Part shown: one piece after another, positions 55,182 to 64,000 of the stretch
Layout of the letters: each line of letters opens with the position of its first letter
Numbering within the stretch: position 1 is the stretch's first letter
Source of the DNA: Rhodobacterales bacterium
GTDB taxonomy: Bacteria; Pseudomonadota; Alphaproteobacteria; Rhodobacterales; Rhodobacteraceae
Direction of reading: 5' to 3'
Length of the DNA: 64,000 nt
Assembly (NCBI GenBank): GCA_038246975.1
Contig: JBBRVJ010000001.1
Location: 3,719 to 67,718, forward strand
Program-made: the position numbers and the translations under genes
The notes under the pieces: model-generated
The model's input: only the letters and a program-made list of their open reading frames with translations
Databases searched by the model: none
What the model was told of the DNA's origin: nothing

Positions 55182-56717
55182 TCATTCCGAACTCTCCCCC
55201 TCCAGCGCCAGCGCCGCAGGAACCCGCGCCAGATCGGCGACCGTCAACGGCGCGGTGGGCCGCCCCAGCCGATTGCGCACCACCCAGAACAGGCGCTTTT
55301 CCGCCCGCGTAATCGCCACATAGGCCAACCGCTTCCACAACGGCAACCCGGCTTCGGTCCGCCCCGCCATCGCCGCTGCATAAAGATCGGGCGCAAAGAC
55401 CTGCACGTCAGACCATTGCGACCCTTGGGCCTTGTGGATCGTCACCGCCGCGCCATGCAGGAATGCCGCGCCCATCGTGGCGGCAGAGGGGATGAACGGC
55501 GCTTCCTCATCGGGTTTTTCGATCTTGATGATCGACGCCGCCGAAACTTGCGGCTCCTCCGCCCCCACCACATGCAGCCGCGCGAAACCGGGACGGCTGC
55601 CGGGCCCCAGATAGATCACCTGCGCCCCCTTGATCAGCCCGCGCGCCTCCAGATCGACCCGTTTCTTGCGGTGCTTCAGCGGCAACTCGATCCCATCGCA
55701 GATCAACGGCTCGCCGGGCAGCAGCGCATCCTCCGGCGCGCCATATACGCCGCGAAACGCGGTGATCAGCCGGATGCGCGTCGCATTGCGCCACACCAGC
55801 ACCGGCGAGCGCGCCATCAGATCGCTGTCGACCCGCTCGGCCCAGACCACCCGGTCATCCCGCGCGGCGGCCTGCTGCACCATCGCCTCGAAATCCTCGA
55901 ACCGCAGCCGGTCGTCTGCCAGGGCATGGGCCAGGTCCAGAATCGGATTGTCCTCGGCCTGCCGGTGGATGCGGCTCAGAACCAGCCGCCGCCCCTCGGC
56001 CAGCTTGTCGAACACCATCTCGCCCGAGGCACCCACCGGGGCCAATTGCGCCGGATCGCCGAACAGCACCAAAGTCGGGAAAATCTCGCGCAGGTCGTTG
56101 AACTGCTTGTCGTCCAGCATCGAGGATTCGTCGACAAAGCCTATGTCCAGCGGCTCCTCGCGGCGCTTCCACCCCTTGATGAAATCGCTGCCCTTCAACC
56201 CCGCCGCCGCCAGCGCACCGGGGATGGATGCCACCTGCGCGTGAAACGCAAAGGCCCGGTCCAGCGCCACATCGGTCAACCCCTCGACCACGGGGCGCGC
56301 GCCGACCCCGGTCAGCCATTCGGCGATCCGCTCATATTGCGGATCGTAAAGCGGCGTATAAAGAATGCGGTGGATCGTCGTCGCCGGAACCCCGCGCAGC
56401 CGCAACACGCTCGCCGCCTTGTTGGTGGGGGCCAGAACGGCCAGCGTGCGCCGGTCCTTGCGCCGCCGCCCTTCGTAGTCGCCCGACACCACCTCGACCC
56501 CGGCCGCCGCCAACGCGCGGTACAGCGACCCCAGCAGCATCGTCTTGCCCGACCCCGCCTTGCCGACCACCGCCAACACCTGCGCCTTGCCCTCGGCCAT
56601 CGGGGTCAGCGCGCCGTCGTCCAGATCAATCCCCACGGCCAGCAACTCGGCCGCCACGCGGTCGAATGCCTGTGCCTGATCGTCGGAAAAGGTGATGGTG
56701 GGAACGGCAAGCTGCAT
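55182..56717 (-). CDS. SF1 RecD/Pif1-like ATP-dependent DNA helicase
   Basis: Motifs GKAGSGKTML (I), FVDESSML (II), LFGDPAQLAPV (III), TIHKAQGSQWSDV (V), YVAITRAEKRLFWV (VI). Confidence 0.85.
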   Translation of the reverse strand: MQLAVPTITFSDDQAQAFDRVAAELLAVGIDLDDGALTPMAEGKAQVLAVVGKAGSGKTMLLGSLYRALAAAGVEVVSGDYEGRRRKDRRTLAVLAPTNKAASVLRLRGVPATTIHRILYTPLYDPQYERIAEWLTGVGARPVVEGLTDVALDRAFAFHAQVASIPGALAAAGLKGSDFIKGWKRREEPLDIGFVDESSMLDDKQFNDLREIFPTLVLFGDPAQLAPVGASGEMVFDKLAEGRRLVLSRIHRQAEDNPILDLAHALADDRLRFEDFEAMVQQAAARDDRVVWAERVDSDLMARSPVLVWRNATRIRLITAFRGVYGAPEDALLPGEPLICDGIELPLKHRKKRVDLEARGLIKGAQVIYLGPGSRPGFARLHVVGAEEPQVSAASIIKIEKPDEEAPFIPSAATMGAAFLHGAAVTIHKAQGSQWSDVQVFAPDLYAAAMAGRTEAGLPLWKRLAYVAITRAEKRLFWVVRNRLGRPTAPLTVADLARVPAALALEGESSE

Positions 56718-56767
56718 CTTGTGACCATAGGCGACCCCAGCCCCCAAGGCCAGTCACTGCCCATGCC

Positions 56768-56950
56768 TCAATGCGATTTTGCCCCCGGCGGCACACCGCC
56801 ATCGGGCGGGCCGTCCGACCGGATCCGCGCCACCTCGGCGCGGGCCACGCGCAGCGTTTCATCGACTTTCTGCGCCAGCAACGGCATGTCGTTGGCCAGC
56901 GCATAAGTCCGCAGATCGCCCAGCACTTCAAAAATCCAATCGTGACGCAT
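56768..56950 (-). CDS. Hypothetical 60-aa protein upstream of the helicase
   Basis: MRHDWIFEVLGDLRTYALANDMPLLAQKVDETLRVARAEVARIRSDG.... Helical, on the same strand, 50 nt before the helicase ATG. No family recognised. Confidence 0.4.
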   Translation of the reverse strand: MRHDWIFEVLGDLRTYALANDMPLLAQKVDETLRVARAEVARIRSDGPPDGGVPPGAKSH

Positions 56951-57026
56951 GGGGACCCCTTGCCGGAATACACATCCGACCGGTCGATTATAACAGTCAA
57001 CCGCCGGGTGACGGTATCCACCGGTT

Positions 57027-57045
57027 GGTAAACAACCTGTTTACC
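57027..57045. promoter_or_regulatory. Perfect palindrome GGTAAACA-acc-TGTTTACC upstream of the small-ORF/helicase operon
   Basis: 8-bp perfect arms, 77 nt upstream of the ATG at 56950. No cognate regulator identified. Confidence 0.3.
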
Positions 57046-57190
57046 ATATCGCGACAAAGCTGAGCGGTTCTGCCGCTGACCCGTGCGCCCAAACCACAGG
57101 TTCTGGCCCCGACCTGTCATCCCTGTATCGGCGGCCTGCCGAAATGGTGGCGCATCGGCCCAGATGCAGACCCACCAACGCCGCGTGACC

Positions 57191-58480
57191 TCAGACGCGG
57201 CTGGCCTCCAGCGTGTCCTCGAAGGTGCGCAAGCCGACATGCGGCGCCTGCACCAGCACCGCCATGTTCCCCGGTTTGTGTTCATTCCGCCGCATCAGCG
57301 TGTGGGCGCGCGGAATCTCGGCCCAGGGAAACACCTCTGACATGCAGGGGTCCAGCCGCCGCTCCAGCATCAGCTTGTTCGCCGTCGCCGCCTGTTTCAG
57401 ATGAGCGAAATGCGACCCCTGCAACCGCTTCTGGTGCATCCACATATAGCGGACGTCAAAAGTGCAGTTGAACCCCGACGTGCCCGCGCAGATCACCACC
57501 ATGCCGCCTTTCTTGCAGACCAAGGTCGACACCGGAAACGTCGCCTCGCCGGGATGCTCGAACACCATGTCGACGCTGACGCCCTTGCCGGTGATGTCCC
57601 AGATCGCCTTGCCGAACCGCCGTGCCTCTTTCAGCCAGTCGTTGTACTCGGGCGTGTTGACCGTCGGCATCTGGCCCCAGCAGGTGAAATCCTTGCGGTT
57701 GATCACCCCCTTGGCCCCCAGCCCCATGACGAAGTCGCGCTTGTCCTCGTCGCTGATCACGCCGATCGCATTGGCCCCCGCCGTGTTGATCAACTGGATC
57801 GCATAAGACCCCAACCCCCCCGACGCGCCCCAGACCAGCACGTTCTGACCGGGTTTCAGGTCATGCGGTTCGTGCCCGAACAGCATCCGGTATGCGGTGG
57901 CGAGCGTCAGCGTGTAACACGCCGACTCCTCCCATGTCAGATGCCGGGGGCGCTGCATCAACTGCTGCGCCTGCACCCGCGTGAACTGCGCGAACGACCC
58001 GTCGGCGGTCTCATAGCCCCAGATGCGCTGGCTTGCCGAATACATCGGGTCGCCGCCGTTGCATTCCTCGTCGTCGCCGTCGTCCTGATTGCAGTGGATT
58101 ACCACCTCGTCGCCGACTTTCCAGCGTTTCACCTTGTCGCCGACTTTCCAGACGATCCCGGCCGCATCCGACCCCAGCACCGCGTAAGGGGCCTTGTGCC
58201 CGTCGAACACCGACACGGGCTGACCAAGGCAGGCCCAGACGCCGTTGTAATTGACCCCCGCCGCCATCACCAGAACCAGCACCTCAAGGCTGTCGATGGT
58301 CGGCGTGTCGACCACCTCGATCTGCATCGCGGTTTCCGGCTCGCCATGGCGTTCGCGCCGGATCACCCAAGCGTGCATCTGGGCCGGCACATGGCCCAGG
58401 GGCGGCATCTCGCCCACCGCATACAGGTCTTTCACCGGGGCGTCATAGGCCACGATAGACGAATGGGTATCGAGTGCCAT
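57191..58480 (-). CDS. ccr: Crotonyl-CoA carboxylase/reductase
   Basis: 429 aa from the ATG at 58480: MALDTHSSIVAYDAPVKDLYAVGEMPPLGHVPAQMHAWVIRRERHGEP..., MDR-fold with GASGGLGSYAIQL. Neighbour of ecm. The upstream part of track ORF 57191..59071 is rejected. Confidence 0.9.
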   Translation of the reverse strand: MALDTHSSIVAYDAPVKDLYAVGEMPPLGHVPAQMHAWVIRRERHGEPETAMQIEVVDTPTIDSLEVLVLVMAAGVNYNGVWACLGQPVSVFDGHKAPYAVLGSDAAGIVWKVGDKVKRWKVGDEVVIHCNQDDGDDEECNGGDPMYSASQRIWGYETADGSFAQFTRVQAQQLMQRPRHLTWEESACYTLTLATAYRMLFGHEPHDLKPGQNVLVWGASGGLGSYAIQLINTAGANAIGVISDEDKRDFVMGLGAKGVINRKDFTCWGQMPTVNTPEYNDWLKEARRFGKAIWDITGKGVSVDMVFEHPGEATFPVSTLVCKKGGMVVICAGTSGFNCTFDVRYMWMHQKRLQGSHFAHLKQAATANKLMLERRLDPCMSEVFPWAEIPRAHTLMRRNEHKPGNMAVLVQAPHVGLRTFEDTLEASRV

Positions 58481-58584
58481 GCAGCGTCCTTCCGCAATGC
58501 CGCGCCGCAGAATCGCACGGCTCGGGGCAGGAATACGAACGCCTGCGCAACTTTGCAATAGAAGGATACGGGTTTCGGGTAACT

Positions 58585-59991
58585 TTATGTCTGCCGCGCC
58601 GCAGCATTTCCTTGGTCGGGATCGGGCAAGGCGGGCCGCAGCGCCGCCTCCCCCTCCAGCCGCTGCAACACCGGGGCCGCATAAAACGCCAAAAGCGCCG
58701 CCCCGCCCGGCAACACCGCCTGATCCGCCCCCACTATCCCCCGCGCGATCAGCGGCGCCAACCCCTCGGCCACCGCCGCCTCGATCCCCTGCGGCGGCAG
58801 CTTCAACACCGCACCCAGGCCGCGCAGCCGCGCCGAAATCGCCGCCACCCGGTCGACCAACGCCCCCTCGCGCCCCTGCACCAAGGCCGCCGCGACCAAT
58901 GGCACCGCCAAAACCGGCACCACCCGCACAATCTCGGCCATCAGCCGCGCGCCCAATGCCTCGACCGGCTGTGTCACCCCCCCGGCCAGAAACGCCCGCA
59001 ACGACAACGGCGGCCCGAACCCCGCTGCCGCCGTGCCAAAGCCCGGAAACCGCCCCCGCACGATGCGCCACAGCAACCGCAGACTGAACCCCGCAATCGT
59101 CAACGGCCTGGCGCGGAACTTGCGCACTCCCTCGACCGCCGCCTCGGTCAGCAGCCGGTCCTCCAGCACCCGGTCATAGGCAAGGCCCACCGGCACGAAC
59201 ACCACATCGCGCCCCCCCGGTTCAAACCCCTGCACGATATAGGACAACAATCCCATCCGCGCCGCCCCCACCCGCCCGTCCAGCGACAACCCGCCTTCGG
59301 GGAAAATCGCCTGCACCGTGCCCTCGGACGTCGCCATCTGAACATACCGCGCCAGAACCCGGCGATACAGCGGGTTGTGCGACCCGCGCCTTATGAAATA
59401 CGCCCCCATCGCCCGGATGATCCGGGAAAGCGGCCAGACCCGCGCCCATTCCCCCACCGCATAGGAAATCGCCGACCGCCCCGACACCAGCCAGGTGACC
59501 AGCACATAATCCATGTTGCTGCGGTGGTTCATCACGAAGATAACCGTAGCGCGTGGGTCAATCGCCCCCAAAGCCTGATCCACCGACCCGATCCGCACCC
59601 GGTACAAGGCCCGCGACAGCCGCCGTGTCAGCCGGATCGCCACCCCGAAATACAGGCTGGCCGAAAACCCCGGCACAATTTCGCGCGCATAGCCCTGCGC
59701 CTCGGCAAAGGCGACCTCGCCCGGCACCCCGGTTTCCGCCGCATGTTCCGCCACTGCCTCCATGACCTTGGGGTCATAGACCAGCCGGACGATCATATCC
59801 TTACGCCGGGCAAGGCGAAACGGCTCGATCTTGCGATCCAGCCGCAGGTTCAGCCGCGCTACCATCCGCTCCATCCGCCGCCGCAGAAACCAGCGCAGCC
59901 CCGGCCCGATCACCCGGTCCAACGTCGCCACCGCCGCCAGCAGCAGCACCACTACCAGAACCCAGACCGGAAGCTGCACGGCGTTGAACAT
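58585..59991 (-). CDS. Glycerolipid acyltransferase (PlsC/PlsB-like, HX4D motif)
   Basis: N-terminal TM segment; VMNHRSNMDY (H-x4-D) and FPEGGLSLDG motifs. 468 aa. Confidence 0.8.
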   Translation of the reverse strand: MFNAVQLPVWVLVVVLLLAAVATLDRVIGPGLRWFLRRRMERMVARLNLRLDRKIEPFRLARRKDMIVRLVYDPKVMEAVAEHAAETGVPGEVAFAEAQGYAREIVPGFSASLYFGVAIRLTRRLSRALYRVRIGSVDQALGAIDPRATVIFVMNHRSNMDYVLVTWLVSGRSAISYAVGEWARVWPLSRIIRAMGAYFIRRGSHNPLYRRVLARYVQMATSEGTVQAIFPEGGLSLDGRVGAARMGLLSYIVQGFEPGGRDVVFVPVGLAYDRVLEDRLLTEAAVEGVRKFRARPLTIAGFSLRLLWRIVRGRFPGFGTAAAGFGPPLSLRAFLAGGVTQPVEALGARLMAEIVRVVPVLAVPLVAAALVQGREGALVDRVAAISARLRGLGAVLKLPPQGIEAAVAEGLAPLIARGIVGADQAVLPGGAALLAFYAAPVLQRLEGEAALRPALPDPDQGNAAARQT

Positions 59992-60124
59992 GCCCTGACC
60001 CTAGGGCAGCGGAAAGGTTACGTAAATCCACCCTGCCATGCCGCGCCGCAGCGAATTGACAGCGCCATATTCTTTCGCCATTAACGATCAAATCGTAACA
60101 AAATTACAATCCCCGAGTCGCCCC

Positions 60125-62077
60125 ATGACCAAAGACGCCCCGTGGCTGTTCCGCACCTATGCAGGCCACTCGACCGCCACCGCGTCCAACGCGCTTTACC
60201 GTGGCAATCTTGCCAAGGGGCAGACCGGGCTGTCGGTCGCCTTCGACCTGCCGACGCAGACCGGCTATGACAGCGACCATATTCTTGCCTTGGGCGAGGT
60301 CGGCAAAGTCGGCGTCCCTGTGGCACATCTGGGCGACATGCGCGCCCTGTTCGACCAGATTCCGCTGACCCAGATGAACACCTCTATGACGATCAACGCC
60401 ACCGCCCCATGGCTTCTGGCCCTGTATATCGCCGTGGCCGAAGAACAGGGCGCCGACATCGCCACCCTGCAAGGCACCGTGCAAAACGACATCATCAAGG
60501 AATACCTGTCGCGCGGCACCTACATCTGCCCACCCAAACCCAGCCTGCGGATGATCACCGACATCGCCGCCTACACGCAGAAACACCTGCCCAGATGGAA
60601 CCCGATGAACGTGTGCAGCTATCACCTGCAAGAGGCGGGGGCCACGCCCGAAGAGGAACTGGCCTTTGCGCTGGCCACCGCTTGCGCCGTGCTGGACGAT
60701 CTGAAAGGCAAGGTTTCCGCCGCCGATTTCCCCAACATGGTCGGCCGGATTTCGTTCTTCGTCAACGCAGGCATCCGCTTCGTCACCGAGCTTTGCAAGA
60801 TGCGCGCCTTTGTCGATTTGTGGGACGAATTGTGCGAACACCGCTATGGCATCACCGACGCCAAATACCGCCGCTTCCGCTATGGCGTCCAGGTCAACTC
60901 GCTGGGCCTGACCGAACAGCAACCCGAAAACAACGTCTACCGCATCCTTCTGGAAATGCTGGCGGTGACGTTGAGCAAAAACGCCCGCGCCCGCGCCGTC
61001 CAACTCCCGGCGTGGAACGAGGCGCTCGGCCTGCCCCGCCCGTGGGATCAACAATGGTCGCTGCGGATGCAGCAGATTCTGGCCTTCGAGACCGACCTGC
61101 TGGAATACGACGACCTGTTCGACGGAAACCCCGCCATCGACCGCAAAGTGACCGAACTGAAGGACGGCGCACGCGCCGAACTCGCCCAGATCGACGCCAT
61201 GGGCGGAGCCGTCGCCGCGATCGAGTACATGAAATCCCGCCTTGTCGAGTCGAACGCCACCCGTATCGCCAGGATCGAGACCGGGGAAACCACCGTGGTC
61301 GGCGTCAACCGCTGGCTTGAAACCACGCCCAGCCCGCTGACCGCAGGCGACGGCAGCATCATGCAGTCCGACCCCGACGCCGAGGCGGATCAGATCGCCC
61401 GCCTGACCGCCTGGCGCGCGGCGCGCGACAAAACCGCCGTCGCCACCGCCCTGACCGCCCTGCGCCAGGCCGCCGCGACCGGCGCCAACATCATGCCCCC
61501 CTCCATCGCCTGCGCCCGCGCCGGCGTCACCACCGGCGAATGGGGCGAGGCGATCCGCGCCGCCTTCGGCGAATACCGCGCCCCGACCGGTGTCTCGCGC
61601 AACCCGTCGAACCGCACCGAAGGGCTGGAGCCGATCCGTGAGGCCGTCGCATCCGTCGCCGCCAAACTCGGTCGCCCGCTGAAACTGCTGATGGGCAAAC
61701 CCGGCCTCGACGGCCATTCGAACGGGGCCGAGCAAATCGCCACCCGCGCCCGCGATTGCGGGATGGACATCCACTACGACGGCATCCGCCTGACGCCCGA
61801 ACAGATCGTGGCCTCGGCGCTGACCGAAAATCCGCATGTCATCGGGTTGTCGATCCTGTCGGGCAGCCATGTGGCGCTGGTGGCCGATCTGCTGGACCGC
61901 CTGCACAAGGCGGGCCTGACCACCCCGGTCATCGTCGGCGGAATCATCCCCGAAGCGGACGCTGCAACCCTGCGCGCCATGGGCGTGGCGGCCGTTTACA
62001 CGCCCAAGGATTTCGAGTTGAACCGTATCATGCTCGACATCGTGGCTCTCGTCGACCAACGCGATCTCGCCGCCTGA
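60125..62077 (+). CDS. ecm: Ethylmalonyl-CoA mutase (MeaA), single-chain B12-dependent acyl-CoA mutase
   Basis: 650 aa. Mutase barrel (FRTYAGHSTA..., TVQNDIIKEYLSRGTYI) fused to a B12-binding domain (GLDGHSNGAEQIA, DxHxxG-type). Near ccr. Confidence 0.85.
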   Translation: MTKDAPWLFRTYAGHSTATASNALYRGNLAKGQTGLSVAFDLPTQTGYDSDHILALGEVGKVGVPVAHLGDMRALFDQIPLTQMNTSMTINATAPWLLALYIAVAEEQGADIATLQGTVQNDIIKEYLSRGTYICPPKPSLRMITDIAAYTQKHLPRWNPMNVCSYHLQEAGATPEEELAFALATACAVLDDLKGKVSAADFPNMVGRISFFVNAGIRFVTELCKMRAFVDLWDELCEHRYGITDAKYRRFRYGVQVNSLGLTEQQPENNVYRILLEMLAVTLSKNARARAVQLPAWNEALGLPRPWDQQWSLRMQQILAFETDLLEYDDLFDGNPAIDRKVTELKDGARAELAQIDAMGGAVAAIEYMKSRLVESNATRIARIETGETTVVGVNRWLETTPSPLTAGDGSIMQSDPDAEADQIARLTAWRAARDKTAVATALTALRQAAATGANIMPPSIACARAGVTTGEWGEAIRAAFGEYRAPTGVSRNPSNRTEGLEPIREAVASVAAKLGRPLKLLMGKPGLDGHSNGAEQIATRARDCGMDIHYDGIRLTPEQIVASALTENPHVIGLSILSGSHVALVADLLDRLHKAGLTTPVIVGGIIPEADAATLRAMGVAAVYTPKDFELNRIMLDIVALVDQRDLAA

Positions 62078-62259
62078 TCCCCCTCAGACGCCATGCGCCC
62101 CCCTCCCCGCATGCGAGGGGATGGGGGATGGGGTCCACCGCAAACCCCTCCAATGCTGTCGCGACGGCTGCCCGCCACAAAACCGACGTTTGCCCGACGC
62201 GCGTTTTCGTGTGAACTCCCCCCAACCACCCCGATTCGGGGGCTACGGAGACGGATCCC

Positions 62260-62964
62260 ATGACTTTCCACATCGGTGCCAAACCCGGCGAGATTGCCGA
62301 AACCGTGCTGCTGCCCGGCGACCCCTACCGCGCCAGATGGGCGGCGCAAAAGTATCTCGACAATCCGGTTCTGGTGAATGAAGTCAGGGGAATGCTCGGC
62401 TTTACAGGCACTTGGCACGGCCACCCTGTCACGATCCACGGCACGGGCATGGGGATGCCGTCGATGTCGATCTATACGACCGAGTTGATCAGGGACTACG
62501 GCGCGCAAACTCTGATCCGGGTCGGCAGCGCAGGGGCCATGCAACCACATATAGCGGTCCGCGATCTGGTGCTCGCGCAAGGCTGTTCGACCTACGGCAG
62601 CCCCTCGCGGTCGCTGTTCGGCGATCTCGCATTTGCTCCTGTGGCTGATTTCGGCCTGTTGTCAGCGGCATACAAGGCATCCAGCACAATGGGCGTCCCG
62701 GTCCACGTCGGCGGCATCTACACGTCCGACACGTTCTATGACGAACGGGCCGATCTTTCGGCCCAGTTGCAGCGCCACAACTGCTTGTGTGTCGAGATGG
62801 AGGCTGCCGAGCTTTACACCCTCGCCGCCCGCTATAAACGCCGGGCGCTGGCGATCCTGACCATGTCCGACCACATCCTGACCGGCGAGGCCCTGCCCGC
62901 AGACCAACGAGAAACCAGCTTTGGCGCGATGATCGAACTGGCGCTCAAAGCCGCTTTTGCCTAA
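62260..62964 (+). CDS. deoD: Purine nucleoside phosphorylase, DeoD type
   Basis: [25 protein letters not shown]..., [21 protein letters not shown]. 234 aa. Confidence 0.9.
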   Translation: MTFHIGAKPGEIAETVLLPGDPYRARWAAQKYLDNPVLVNEVRGMLGFTGTWHGHPVTIHGTGMGMPSMSIYTTELIRDYGAQTLIRVGSAGAMQPHIAVRDLVLAQGCSTYGSPSRSLFGDLAFAPVADFGLLSAAYKASSTMGVPVHVGGIYTSDTFYDERADLSAQLQRHNCLCVEMEAAELYTLAARYKRRALAILTMSDHILTGEALPADQRETSFGAMIELALKAAFA

Positions 62965-62979
62965 CCATAAGGAATCAGT

Positions 62980-63963
62980 ATGAAATATCGCCAACTCGGG
63001 TCCGGTGGCCCTATGGTTTCTGCGATCGGGCTGGGCTGCATGAGTTTCGGCGGCATCTTTGGCCCGACCAACCTGAACGAATCGCTGCGCTGCCTGGATG
63101 CCGCCTGGGCTCATGGCATCGACTTTCTCGACACCGCCAACATCTATGGCATGGGCGTGTCGGAAACCGTCATGGGTCAATGGCTTGCGTCCCGCAAACA
63201 CCCCGTCCACATCGCGACCAAAGCCAGCATCGTGGGCGGCCCCAACCGCCGGTTCGACAATTCGGAGGCGCATCTGCGGGCCGAGTTGGAAGGCTCGTTC
63301 AAACGGTTGGGCGTCGACCATGTCACCCTGTTCTACATCCACCGCCGTGAACAGGAACGCCCCTTGGCAGAGGTGATAGGCACCCTGCAAACCCTGATTG
63401 CCGAAGGCAAAATCGGTGGCTACGGCTTGTCCGAAGTCTCTCCGGGCACCCTGCGCCGCGCCCATGCGATGCATCCCTGCATGGCGGTGCAGAGCGAGTA
63501 TTCGTTGTGGACAAGGCAGCCGGATCTGGGAATGATCCAGACCTGTGCCGAGCTTGGCACCACCTTTGTCCCCTTCTCGCCTCTGGCGCGCGGCGCGTTG
63601 GGGCGCGGCAATCTGGACCCCGCGACCTTTGCGGCGACCGATTTTCGCGGGACGATCCCGCGCTTTCACGACCCGGACTGGTCTCTGAACCTGCGCCATA
63701 TCAACGCCTTGCGCACCTATGCCCTTGATCGGGGGTTGACAGCGGCGGGCCTTGCGATGGCTTGGGTGCTGGATCAGGGGCCGCATCTGGTTCCGATTCC
63801 GGGCACCCGCACGGCGGACCATCTGTCGGATTGGGCCGGGGCGTCGGACAGGCCGCTGACGGACGAGGACCGCCGCGAGATCGCCCGCATCATGCCGGTC
63901 GGCTGGGCGTATGGCGACCGCTATGGCGCGGAACAGGCGAGCATGGTAGAGCGGTATTGCTAA
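62980..63963 (+). CDS. Aldo/keto reductase
   Basis: MKYRQLGSGGPMVSAIGLGCMSFGG...DTANIYG.... 327 aa. Confidence 0.9.
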   Translation: MKYRQLGSGGPMVSAIGLGCMSFGGIFGPTNLNESLRCLDAAWAHGIDFLDTANIYGMGVSETVMGQWLASRKHPVHIATKASIVGGPNRRFDNSEAHLRAELEGSFKRLGVDHVTLFYIHRREQERPLAEVIGTLQTLIAEGKIGGYGLSEVSPGTLRRAHAMHPCMAVQSEYSLWTRQPDLGMIQTCAELGTTFVPFSPLARGALGRGNLDPATFAATDFRGTIPRFHDPDWSLNLRHINALRTYALDRGLTAAGLAMAWVLDQGPHLVPIPGTRTADHLSDWAGASDRPLTDEDRREIARIMPVGWAYGDRYGAEQASMVERYC

Positions 63964-64000
63964 CCTGCCGATTTTCAACGGCCTTGCGGGCCGCCGCCGT

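Noticed and set aside
58481-59071. Gly/Ala/Arg-rich N-terminal extension of the ccr ORF (track ORF 57191..59071)
   Set aside because: Ccr homologues start at MALDTHSS (ATG 58480). The extension runs through the intergenic gap and, out of frame, into the 3' end of the acyltransferase gene.
62095-62130. Terminator after ecm (CCCCTCCCCGCATGCGAGGGGATGGGG)
   Set aside because: It is an imperfect hairpin with bulges and no following T-tract, so it is not supported well enough to list as a feature.

Overview
High-GC alphaproteobacterial (Rhodobacteraceae-like) chromosomal window, densely coding: about 70 protein genes and one tRNA-Gly(UCC). I saw no rRNA, no CRISPR array and no intact mobile element. 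Many long ORFs in the track are antisense shadows typical of GC-rich DNA and are rejected.

Gene order:
- pstSCAB-phoU (minus strand) with two tandem Pho boxes, then epmA/efp.
- FAH-family hydrolase and cydAB plus a tiny membrane ORF.
- A coupled lipoprotein/lipocalin pair, an aldo-keto reductase, metG, a DegT-type aminotransferase and a LysR regulator.
- PHA locus phaZ / phaC-phaP-phaR with CTGC-N3-GCAG palindromes.
- Three translationally coupled alpha/beta-hydrolase genes, then thrS.
- A four-gene bufferin-type RiPP operon (DUF2282 precursor, DUF692/MNIO, DUF2063, DoxX).
- cspA, an ArsC-family protein and a DUF2177 protein.
- An orphan carbohydrate/acid-sugar-like cluster: three xylose-isomerase-like TIM barrels, an enolase-superfamily enzyme, a FadR-type GntR regulator and a D-2-hydroxyacid dehydrogenase.
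- fabI-fabB-(unknown ORF)-fabA with divergent irr, a transglutaminase-like protein and tRNA-Gly.
- A hydroxyproline catabolic island: proline-racemase-like enzyme, fused AcnX, amino-acid ABC transporter, GntR regulator, DHDPS-like deaminase and FAD dehydrogenase.
- A truncated-type 5'-nucleotidase, DUF952-pyrD, and a small-ORF/RecD-like helicase/stand-alone Lrp RAM-domain operon.
- ccr, an acyltransferase and ecm (ethylmalonyl-CoA pathway), deoD and an aldo-keto reductase.

Most interesting:
- The bufferin-type RiPP operon.
- A compositionally odd 170-aa ORF wedged, translationally coupled, between fabA and fabB.
- The AcnX plus non-cysteine proline-racemase-like pair.
- A repeated ~50-nt 3'-UTR element.
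- Several clean operator palindromes.
- A phage-lysozyme-type amidase remnant next to the tRNA.

All family assignments are from reading the translations by eye; no database search was run.
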